A stretch of 64,000 nt of DNA from Takakia lepidozioides. Taxonomy: Eukaryota > Plantae > Bryophyta. The stretch is taken from positions 1,178,001 to 1,242,000 of the forward strand of contig CM060734.1 in assembly GCA_030704615.1 (NCBI GenBank), read 5' to 3'. A model generated the notes under the pieces. The model ran no database searches. It saw only the letters and a program-made list of their open reading frames with translations, and had not been told where the DNA came from. How positions within the stretch are numbered: the first letter of the stretch is position 1; each line of letters starts with the position of its first letter. Shown one piece after another: positions 1 to 10,949 of the stretch. The position numbers and the translations under genes were made by a program.

Positions 1-387
1 CAAGAAACCTTTGTTTAATCTTGGAAACTTCTCCAGCAAGAAATCTCCATAGGAGAGGATTTTTGGGGAAGCTTCTTAGTAGTCAGTATATATAGGAGGC
101 AAGACTGGACACTCTTCAGTCTCGCCACCACCAGTTCAAGCTACTCTTGTTTCCAGTTCCCAGTACTCTAGCCCAGTTTCTAGTATCTCGTACTCCAGTC
201 CAGTTTCCAGCATTCTAGTATTCAAGTCGTGTTCCAATATCTTGTACTCTTGTTCATTGTTATAAAGATCGTCTTGATTCCTATTTACTCATCGTGCATT
301 CGGCCACGCCGACCTTGACTTCTTGTCTAGCATTGTACCTCTAGTTTTATCTCTTGTTTGTGTTCAGTCATGTTCTCGACCTTGACA
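1..387 (+). repeat. 5' LTR (partial) of the Tcn1-like element, TATA box at ~87-94
   Basis: Ends in TGACA, the inverse of TGTCA at the 3' LTR start (5549). Contains TATATATAG and lies upstream of gag. Confidence 0.8.
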
Positions 388-425
388 GTTTGACGAGACT
401 AAAGTTTGTTCTTTGGTTAGTTAAG

Positions 426-1446
426 ATGGAAGGCACATTTGCGGAAATGGTCACCACATTGCAGAGTCTTCAGCTCCAGATGCAAGAACTTCGTCATCTA
501 CCGCCCAATTGTAAGCTGATCAGTCTCAAGATCTTGACAACGCTCTCCACAATTTGCAACAACAAATTTCAGAATTAAAGGAGTCGAACAATGGATCTTC
601 ATTCATACGAGTCCCTACTGCAACAGCTCCTACTGCAACGGTTCATCTTCAACAGATTACGAGAGAACCAAAGATCAGCATGCCCGAGAAATTTGATGGG
701 ACGAGATCAAGATTTCGCGGTTTTGTTCAACTAGTACGACTGTTCCTACGACTACCTCCACAACGCTACCCCGATGAAGGAATTCAAGTGGGATTCGTGG
801 GCACCCTTCTTGGTTTGCACCGCTATTAGAAAAAAATTCGCATTTACTATATAATTTTGTAGCATTCATGTCCGAGTTCACTGCAACGTTTGGAGATAAT
901 GATAGAGAGAGAGTTGCAGAAACAAAGATGCGAAATCTTCGACAAGGAGCACGTCCTGCTTCCGTTTATGCTGCCGAATTTTGACAACTTGCGTGCGACC
1001 TCGACTGGAATGAGAAGAGCCTCATTAGTCAGTTTCGATGTGGACTAAAAGATGATGTAAAAGATTTGTTGCTGACAATGCCAAATGTGAGCACACTAAG
1101 TGAATTCATCACCCAAGTCATTGCATGCGATAATCGTTTGTTCGAAAGACGTCAAGAGAAGCGATCTAGATGGTCGACGACGCATCATGTCACTGCTACT
1201 ACGACATCAAATACAACGATCCATCAGACATCCAGTAGTAATCCTATGCAGATTGATGTTGTCCGATTCAAACCATTGACGCCACAAGAAAAACAAAGAC
1301 GGCGCTCGAATGGATTATGCCTCTATTGCGGAGAAGAAGATCACATAACATTAAACTGCCCCAACAAAAGAAGATTCAAAGCTCGGGACATAACTCAAGT
1401 GTTCGATACGAGGAGGTCGGAAAACGACGATGTCCAGTCACAGTAG
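426..1446 (+). pseudogene. gag: gag of the Tcn1-like element (frameshifted, with stops)
   Basis: EPKISMPEKFDGTR retrotransposon-gag motif, PMQID motif and CX2CX4HX4C knuckle, spread over ORFs 554-829 and 1066-1446. Confidence 0.85.
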
Positions 1447-1479
1447 GGACCATGCGGCTGGACACCACAAATTCCTTAC
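1419..1479 (+). promoter_or_regulatory. Putative -1 ribosomal frameshift signal (G GAA AAC plus stem-loop/pseudoknot)
   Basis: The heptamer is in the gag frame at 1419-1425 and pol is in the -1 frame. Stem 1431-1442 pairs with 1453-1464, and loop GTAGGGA can pair with TCCTTAC at 1473-1479. Confidence 0.7.
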
Positions 1480-4400
1480 CGAAAAAAGGTTTCTTTCTAC
1501 CTCCAGACCCTGCACCTTGCTTCACAGTTCCGGTAAAAATCAGAGTGCAAAATCGAGATATCGTTGTAGAAGCACTTTTGGACTCAGGAGCTTCAGCTTG
1601 TTTTATGGACAAAAACTTTGCGAAGCAACACAATTTAACGCTCGTAAAGAAGAAACTCTCGGCCCCCGTTGAAGTCATCGATTGACGACCGTTAGCATCA
1701 GGAAATGTGGACCATGAAACTCGACCACTTGAAGTGAAGCTTAAATATCAAGCATCACATATTGTTTTCAATGTCATCCAGTCTCCAACGAATCATGTGA
1801 TCCTTGGACTTCCCTAGTTCGTACTTCACAATCCCGACATCGACTGGTGATCGCGAAAAATTTCTTCAAGACAAAAATGTAGAAATATCAAAGGTATTCA
1901 ACCCCTATTCTTTGGAGCTAGAGCTTTCATGAGAGCTACAAAAAAAACGGCGGCATTTGCACTTTATGCGACTCCGATCAAGACCACAACAGACAAAGGT
2001 ACTTCAACATTACCCGCTCAATATCAAGATTTCAAAGATGTCTTCGAGAAGAAAAATGCAGACATGTTGCCAGAACATCGACCTTATGACTATGCAATTG
2101 AGTTACAAGAAGGAGCCCAACCACCATTCGGCCCAATCCATAACTTATCCCACACGGAGTTGGCTGCATTACGTGAATACATTGATGAAAATTTGTCGAA
2201 GCACTTCATCCGACTTTCAAAATCACCCGCGGGGGCGCCTATCTTGTTTGTGAAAAAGAATGACGGATCATTACGCATGTGTGTCGATTATCGCGGTCTC
2301 AACAAAGTCACAATCAAGAAACGTTATCCGTTGCCGCTGATTTCTAGGCTTCTCGACCAGCTGGGACGAGCGAAGATTTTCACCAAAATCGACTTGAGAT
2401 GAGCATATAACCTTGTACAGATAAAAGAAGGAGACGAATGGAAAACAACTTTTCGAACAAGGTATGGACATTTTGAATACAGTGTTATGCCTTTCAATCT
2501 TACCAATGCTCCAGCAATTTTCCAATATATGATGAATGACATCTTTCGAAAAAATTTAAATGACTTTGTAGTCATCTATTTGGACGACATTTTGATATTT
2601 TCACAGAATGAAGAAGAACATGGCCGCCATGTACGCCTTGTCCTTGATAAATTAAGAGAAAGAGGACTATATGTCAAGTTGGAAAAATGTCTTTCCATCA
2701 ATCTGAGGTCGAATTTCTGGGCTACATTATTTCCGACAAAGACGTCTTTATGGATCAGAAGAAAATACAAACCATTATCGAGTGGATTAAACCAACTTCG
2801 GTCCGAGATGTACAATGTTTTCTGGGCTTTGCAAATTTCTATAGAATCTTCATCAATGACTACTCCAAAATTGCTGCACCATTGATACGACTCACATGGA
2901 AGGACAAATTTGTATGGGACAAGAAGGCTGACCAGACATTTGAAAGGCTGAAGCAGACATTTACAACGGCTCCAATACTGGTACATGCAGACCCATCTAA
3001 ACCATTCTTCTTAGAAGCAGATGCATCGGACTTTGCACTTGGCGCGGTACTCTCGCAATACGGTACAGATGGCCGACTCCACCCTGTTGGTTTTCGTTCT
3101 CGCAATTTTTCCACTGCGGAGATCAATTATGAAATCCATGACAAAGAACTTTTAGCGATTATCGATGCTTTTGAGGAGTGACGACATCTATTGGAGGGAG
3201 CTAAACATCAGGTTACTGTCTATATCGATCACAAAAACCTCGAATATTTTATGAGTGCTCGTGTTTTGAATCGACGTCAAGCGAGATGGAGTATGTCACT
3301 AGCAAGGTTTGATTTTGTTATTACCTACCGTCCCGGACATCTTCAAGGAAAACCAGATGCTCTTTCTCGACGATCGTATCTTGCGCCAAAAGAAGGGGAT
3401 GCAGTTTTTGACCAACAAAAATCCATTATCTTGAAACCATCAAATCTCCAATTGAATATGCTATCCATGTCCACCTATGACGATGCAAAGATCATAAAGG
3501 AGATTCAGGAAGCACTGAAGAGCGACCATTTTGCTACGACACTACAAAGTCAACTAAATCAACCTCGAGACAACCCACATGTTACAAACGACTTCGAATT
3601 CAAAGATGACTTACTTTACTTCAAGGGACTTCTCTATGTACCTCTAGGACCTACACAACTTCGAATTCTTCAAACATGTTATGATCTTCTGGCTGCAGGA
3701 CATTTTGGCTTCAACAAAACATTGGAGTTGATATCCAGGGACTATTGGTGGCCGCAGATGTGGAAACTCGTGAAAGAATTCATAAAATCTTGTGACACGT
3801 GTGCTGGAGCGAAGGGACCACGACATCGACCTTACGGCCTTCTTCAACCATTACCCATTCCTGAGGGTCCATGATCGTCCGTGTCTATGGACTTTATTAC
3901 GGACCTTCCAATTTCCAAGACCACCGATTCAATCCTTGTTATTGTAGACTGTTTTACGAAGATGACACATTTCATTCCATGTAATAAGATGGTTACCGGC
4001 GAGGAAACTGCAAGACTCTTCCTCAATAATATCTACCACATTCATAGACTCCCGAAGGACATCGTATCTGATCGAGGACCACAGTTCATATCAAATTTCT
4101 GGAGGGGATTATTTCACATATTGGATACTAAGATCAACCTCTCTACAGCTAATCATCCATAGACTGATGGTCAAACCGAACGTGTAAACCAGATTTTGGA
4201 GCAGTATCTTCGCTGTACGATAAATTATCACCAAGACAATTGGACGGACCTTCTGTCATTGGCTGAGTTTGCCTACAACAACACTATACATTCTTCGACC
4301 AAACAAACTCCATTTTCCTCCAATTATGGTCATCATCCTCGAGCAAACCCTTTCCACATGAAGACTGTTGGAAGCCCTGATGCAAAAAACCTTGCTACTC

Positions 4401-4987
4401 ATCTAGCTACGATTCACAAAGAACTTACATCCCACCTCGCAGAAGCTCAAAAATAATACAAGGAGTATGCGGATCAACGTCGCCAACTCCAACCCCAGTT
4501 CAAGGTCGGTGATCGTGTGTGGCTTCTTTGACGAGACATACAAACCTCGCGATCATCAATGAAGTTGGATTATCAACGCCTGGGACCATTCAAAATTATT
4601 CGACAAATAAATCCGGTCAGTTTTCGGCTTGAACTCCCACGAAGTATGCGCATCCATCCAGTCTTTCATGTTTCATTATTGGAGTTGTATCATCCATCGA
4701 ATATTCCAAGGAGAGTTTCCGTACCACCTCAACTAGTCGAAGTCAATCAAGAACTTGAGTATGAAGTCGACGAAGTCCTAGACTCTCGCATCAAGTATAA
4801 ACGTCTTGAGTATTTCGTACATTGGAAAGGCTACGACATCAGCAAATGAACGTGAGAACCTTCATCCAACCTCACCAATGCATCTGACAAAGTCCAAGAG
4901 TTTTATCAACGATATCCAGCTAAGCCCCGAGCTACACGTCAATACGACGTCACAACGATGATGTCAGCCAAGTTAGCTTCAAAGTGA
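1426..4987 (+). pseudogene. pol: pol (protease-RT-RNase H-integrase-chromodomain), disrupted
   Basis: Motifs [66 protein letters not shown], and chromodomain YEVDEVLDSR...YFVHWKGY at ~4750-4920. Confidence 0.92.
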
Positions 4988-5091
4988 AGACTTCATATTC
5001 AATGTACCTGATACACGCTAAGGAGGGAGGAGCACCACACATCAGTATATATAGCTACACTTCCAGCACTATTGCATCTTGTATTGGCAGC

Positions 5092-5493
5092 ATGGAGTCA
5101 CAGGAACCAGATACATTGGAGTTGTCGCTTACCCAGCTATCGGATCAGCCATTCCGACTCTCACGACCTTCAACATCACGCCGACGCTCTCCAGACGATG
5201 GGCCACCAATGCGACGCGTACTTCCTCTTCTGAACCCCGTATGACGGCAACTAAAGCCTACTCAAAGTCTGATAATTCTGTTGGAGGTTGAGGCTTCGGA
5301 CCCAGAGGGCAACGAAATCATGTTTGAAGGCAGCTTCAAAAATCAGAATGCTCAAATCACTTCGTGGTCCCTAGTTCAAGGTGTTGGACACTATCGATGG
5401 TTGCATGGATCTATAAATCATTTGAGTCAAGAACGAAGAGTCGAATACTTGGCAAGTACCATTCGCCGGATTTTGGATTTTCTCCAACTCTAA
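5092..5493 (+). pseudogene. Extra ORF of unknown function between pol and the PPT (133 codons, one internal TGA)
   Basis: ORFs 4984-5244 and 5281-5493 share a frame and are separated by one TGA (5242-5244). ATG at 5092, with a TATA-like CAGTATATATAG at 5043-5054. Confidence 0.5.
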
Positions 5494-5608
5494 ACAAGTC
5501 CAAGATTTTACCGCTCCTTGAGGAACTCGATGCTAGAAGATGAGGTGATGTCACGGACATAGCCCAGAAAAACTTATCAAGAGTAAATACCAGAAGTTAC
5601 CAAGTTAC

Positions 5609-7636
5609 CACGTTAGTTCCGAAAATTATCCCATCCACGAACATTAACTGACTTCCTTTACGCAAAGCGTCAGTTTCCAGATACAACTCACAAGAGTAAT
5701 TGTCTACCTTGCAAGTCTTGGCGACCACCGCCTCCACCAAGCGGCTGATTGAATCTTCGGACAGCTCCGTGGCCGCCCGGGTCATGTTCAATTGTCGGGG
5801 TTTCGTGCACTTCTTGGCCATGTGCCCGGGCTCCCCGCAATTGAAGTACACTCCATCGAAGGTCGCCTTCTGTCCGCCATAAGCCGCCGCACCTGCTTTT
5901 CCTTTCGGAGCACCGGGTGCCGCCTTGACGTATGAAGGCCCTCCCTTCAATTTCCACGTGCTATTGTCGCCGCGTGGCCTATCCCACTTCTTTTCCGGTC
6001 GGAAGGAGTCACTCTCCCGCCGGGCCTTCTTGTGGTTCAGCTCCGTACGGCCTTGTCTTTCGCCCCTAGGGACATCCAAGAAACATTCAGCCCTCTCAAT
6101 TGCCTCATTCAAAGTCTTAGGTGGCTTCTCCTCCAACTTCCGTCTGGCCCATGGGGCCAGTCCCGCCACAAAGTTGAAGACCATTTCTGGTTCTGTCATG
6201 TCCGCGACTTCGAGCAACAACACATTGAAAGCCTGAACATATCCCCGAATGTCATCTGTTTGCTTCAAATTCCTCATCTTGTCCCGTGCGAGCCAGGAAG
6301 CGTTGAGGGGCACAAACTGTTTCTTCATAAGTTCCTTGAACCCACTCCAGTTCAAGGTTTCCGGGTTTGGACCTCGGTCGTGAAGGCGTTTTTGCCACCA
6401 TTGTTGAGCATAGCCCCTCAAATAGGTGGGAGCCACTTCCACCCAATCCTTGTCACTCAACTTGGCAGCCCGGAAGTATTGTTCTAGCTCTAAGAGCCAG
6501 GTGTTGAGTGCCTTCCGATTTCAGATGCCCTCGAAGGTGCCGGGTTCCTTAGGCTTCACCTTAAACTTTGCCTTGGTGGAAGTGGCATTAGCCACCTTCA
6601 ACACGTCTTTCAACGTCCCGCCAAACTGCACCAACAATCCTTCCCAAAAGGCTACTGGCAAGGGAGGAATCTGTTGGTCTGTCAGAGCTCTCAGGAATTC
6701 CTCGGGCTCCGACTCCTCAGATTCCTCCCGTTCTTGAGCGGCCTCGCTTTCAAAAACATGCATCGCTTCCTCAAATGGCCGCTTCGGTGACACGTCGCCC
6801 CCATCGGGCTCACCATGATCATCATCTTTCGGGCCATTCCGCTTTCGCTTTGGCTTGCCCGATCTCATGATGAGGCCGATCCCAAGGACGATCGCGTACT
6901 GAACTCTAAGCTTTGATACCAAGTGTCGCGCACCTCACTTCGGTAAGCTCCCCTTCAAGTCATAGTTACCCGCTTTGATGCGCGCGCCTAACTCCAAACC
7001 TGGCCGTCGGGCCAACTCGGAGCTTTGGCCGCTCACCGGGACATAACGGTCACCCTTTACTCTTCCAAAAGACCCTCCACCAATTTGGGCCTAGTGGAAA
7101 TTCCGTTTGGTAGATGGCAGTCCGGAATAGCTCCCCACTCCTTGGTCGCTTTCCGGCTCGCTCGCTTACTCACTAGTTTTTGGTCTCCAACGGGCTTGCA
7201 CCGTTCTCGGGGTTACTACTCCCTATATATACTTCTGTGACTGTCCGCGGGGGTTTCACATTTTATGGCGAACCACCATGAAGACCCTCGACTCCCGGTG
7301 ATGAGTCGCGGTGAGTCTTGGCCCACCCACCACGGCCCCATTGGACCGTGATGAGTCCCAAGACTCCCCACGACTCCCACCACAAGGTCTCCGCCCCATG
7401 GTGAGTCCTATGCCACCCCCACTAAGTCCCGCTAAGCTACCGCCACCCCTTGTGGAGCCACCCCCACCGCAACCCGGTGTGCGGGGCTCCACTTAGTGAG
7501 CGCCTCCGCCTCCTTGAGTGCCTTGGGCACTCAAGGGTGCTTCAGCCCCCCGTACCTATCGCTGCCACTGCCCCCACCACAGGGGCAGCCCCTCCTACGT
7601 CCCGACCCCCTGCCCTCAAGGCACAGGGCCGCAACA
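5609..7636 (-). mobile_element. 5' fragment of a Galadriel-like Ty3/gypsy (LTR 6924-7636, tRNA-Met PBS 6911-6922, gag, truncated in the protease region)
   Basis: The LTR has TG..CA ends and the PBS reads TGGTATCAAAGC on the minus strand. gag ORFs are 6521-6922 and 5597-6460. Closely similar to 28574-30590. Confidence 0.92.
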
Positions 7637-7776
7637 CGCTCATTCTGCAGCTTCATCATTGGAATGGTTGGAGATGGATATCGCTTTGTATATCGAATGA
7701 TATCTCATTAATATTTCCACCTCCATGTGATTTACGTAGCCCAGAGTGCCAATTTGCATCACTTGCTCCAACTTAT

Positions 7777-8690
7777 TTGTTGTGAACATCAATGTACTCA
7801 TCCGTCTCATCCAAAATTTCCTCCTGAAACAAGCAACCATAAGTAGAATTCCTAGCATGTTGTAAGCAAATAGGTGAAAATTAAAAAAAGGTAACCAAGC
7901 ACACGTGGCCAATTAGGGTCTTGACCAACTCTGGTATTATCCCTATTTGATAATTCACAGCATAAATTTGAGAAGCAAACATGCACCAAACACTTCCACT
8001 GGACAAGATGCCTACAAAGAACAGAGAAACCATCAATCATGCACTCACATGAACCCTGCAGTCCTCAACTAACTTCTATTTTGAAAGGACACATTTGTGA
8101 AATGCATGGTGAAGACCAGACCACATTTTGAAAGGACACATTTGTAAAAATGCATGGTGAAGACCAGACCTAGTGTCCCTTGGACTTCTTAGATTCATTG
8201 ACAATTTCACGAGGAGTTTAGTCAAACGTCAGCTGGAGTCAAGGTAAATTGTGCCACTTCAATCAAATCAGTAGAGAGAGAATCATGCAGGCTGTGGGTA
8301 CAAAAACCGAGCCCAGTTCTAGGAGATAGTGAGAGCTCCATGAAAGTCCAGGAGCCAATACCCACTTCACTCTTGTTTCCTCACATTCACAGAGACAACC
8401 GGTAAAGAGCACAGTGGGAGAGAACCAACCTATAAGAGCTCCTCGATTAGGTCCTCCATGGTTATTATACCCACAACCTCCTCATCATTCGGAAAGCTTG
8501 GCAGCGATTCCTCCCTTATTTCTAACACGTTGCCAGTTCCAGTATGTTCCCATTTCTTACTGCGCTGACTGTGTAACAAGCCACCCTCTCCATCCTCGTT
8601 TCTTCGAACAACAACAGGTATAGAAACGTCGTTGCCTTTGTGGGAGTTGTGTTTGACATAATCGCCTCTCAATGGTAGTCACCCGACGGA
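7777..8690 (-). pseudogene. Fragment of a DUF21/CBS-domain (CNNM-like) gene, two C-terminal exons
   Basis: One exon ends ...EEVVGIITMEDLIEELL* (TAG where CAG/Q is expected, followed by a GT donor). The next exon, 7823-7777, reads EEILDETDEYIDVHN and its donor is ATAAG instead of GTAAG. Confidence 0.75.
8078..8170. repeat. Tandem duplication of ~45 bp
   Basis: ATTTTGAAAGGACACATTTGT..AATGCATGGTGAAGACCAGACC occurs twice. Confidence 0.85.
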
Positions 8691-10949
8691 ATTGGACAAT
8701 GGAGAAATAGCCAAGTACTTGAGCAATATTCGAGTATAAAAAGTCGAACAACAATGAGGCCCAAGATTCCACAAGATATCTGTCCAGCATGTACTAGCGC
8801 CGCCAAAACCACCGAGAAAAAAAAAAACTATAAAGGAACAGTCGCGCAAAGCATCAAGTCCAGAATCTGTAGCCTCATAAAGGATATTCTGTGCTATAGG
8901 AAGGATTCCCCGTCGACGCTGGAACTCATCCTAGAGGGATGGATGTGTGTGTCTGAGCTAGGTTGACTGGATGAAACTAGTCAGTGGGTCCGTATTCCAC
9001 GGAATATCTTGCATGCTTCTCGTCAAGCTTTCCCGCCATGTCCGAGGCCTGATTGAGAGGCAACTTTGGGGTTGCGAAGAGACAATTGTTGTCCTCACAC
9101 TGTCACTGATCAGCAGAAACGGAATTGCAGTAGGACGTCAGATACATATCTTTTTTTTGTTGAAGTTCTTCCCATGCAGGGTAGATCCGCGATGCGTTGT
9201 AGCTAGGTAGAGGCAAGGTGTAAGGTAGATGTGCTCGTAGTTGTTCGCATGATGAAGGAACAATAAACTGTGAGAGTAGTGAAAACATTTTTAGTGCGAT
9301 ATGGCTGAAGATATCCGATGGAGCGTTCTGTACACGAAACAAAAATATAAAAAGCACAAGACTTACCACGATGGCATCCTTACTGTAAATCGCCAGAAGG
9401 TGTGTTTTGCTGCGCTGTCTTGAGCTGTAGGATGAAGTGGGGATATTTGTTGAACTCTCTGGTGGTATTCAGGATTTTTAGATACGGACTAAGGAATGTG
9501 CGTGCGTTCGCAAGGAGCTCAGGACAAGTTTGAAGCATGTCTCAAAGGGCTCGGTTGTTGTGTTAGTGTACGGCGGAATGCCACGAACATACGCTATGGG
9601 ATGGTCACGTATTCCATGAAATTTTTCGTTGTCAGAGAACGTGTTTGAGAGAGAAGAGCTGTCTGGAGACACTAATCGCGTGGTGCCCCTGACAGCTTAT
9701 TTTGAGCGATGATGCCGGGGAAAAGCTGGCGGAGAAATTTTTTCACAGGCACCAATTGGTCGAGTGTGAGGCCACTATCGAATTCGATGACTACCTCGTA
9801 AACGTGCAAGACGTACTGAAGCGGGAGCCCGCGTTCACTTCTCCCAGCTCAGACAAAAGCTGAACGGACCAGACCCTCGTTTTGGTTTCATTAATCGTAC
9901 CCAAAGTCGACCTATCGGGCTGGATATGACATTGTCTAATGGAGGACGATTAGCTAGCTCCATCGACGAACTCTGCAATGGTGGAGCTGCGGACAGAAGC
10001 TTGAATCAGAATTAACGTGGGGCAATCGGCACTACTGCTCAGGTGGTCCTGGTTGGGATGTCCACTCGTCCATATGTAGGTTTGATAGATCTATAGGGGC
10101 GATGTCATAGCGCACCTAGGTAGTCTTCAGTGACATTTACGTTGTTGAGACGGTAAGGTATTCATGATGGATTGATGTCAGTGGCAAGATGAACATGATG
10201 GATCTTGAGACTGTTGGAGACATGCGAACAGTGGAGTTTGGATGGCCTTGACTCGAGGAAGGTGTGAAGAAGATTGACAAGCTCCTCCGCCGTGACCAGG
10301 TTGTGGTGATCTCATTAATCTCTGTATTTTCCATGGTGGGCTATTTGAATTGGAACTGATTAGGGTTTGTTTTGCGTGCCATTCGAATACCAACATTCAA
10401 CAATATGGTTGGCCACCACGTCAAGGTGAAGCTGGAATTGAAGTTGGAAAATGGTGGATGGCTGTGAAATTGATTAGTCAATTCAAATGAGGGCCAATTG
10501 CTCTTGAATCGCTGGCCGAAAGTGGTGTCAGGCTCTGAACGGCTGGGGGATTTTGCGGGCACTCGCAGGGCACTGTACTCTTTAACTTGATGGGAACCTA
10601 CAGGGAATCAAAAAAATAGTGTATGGCTAGAGCGAAAATGGAGAGTGTCGGGATGATGGCGTGTTGGGGTTAGGAATTGCTTTAGTCTCTCCTCCCCATA
10701 GCTTTCCACCCTCTTGGTAGGCCAAAACCTTTCCATAGGTGGAGGCAATAGTCAGTCCGGGTTTATGGGCTGGGGTATTCTGCAGGAGGAGCACTGCGGA
10801 GGGAATTTGGTGTAGGCATGTTGATGTTTTGATTTCTTGTGTTTGTTTCCCCTCCACACCTGCATGCTTGACTGTGCGTCATGTTGGTTTTGTGTGGGCG
10901 TTTGTTTTCATAGGGATTAGGCCGGATTTGATCACCGATCAATCCTAGA

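Larger units (their letters stand above)
1..5608 (+). mobile_element. Decayed chromoviral Ty3/gypsy LTR retrotransposon (Tcn1/Tf1-like); 5' LTR partial at the window edge, 3' LTR truncated
   Basis: Domain order is gag (CCHC knuckle CLYCGEEDHITLNC), protease (LLDSGA), RT (YLDD), RNase H (LEADASD), integrase, chromodomain. The 5' LTR ends ...CTTGACA at 387. A purine tract at ~5536-5548 is followed by TGTCACGG at 5549. Many in-frame stops. Confidence 0.93.

Noticed and set aside
7256-7785. Pro/Gly-rich ORFs in the LTR (also at 28456-28957 and 33666-34464)
   Set aside because: They arise from GC-rich LTR sequence and the frames are not preserved among the three LTR copies.
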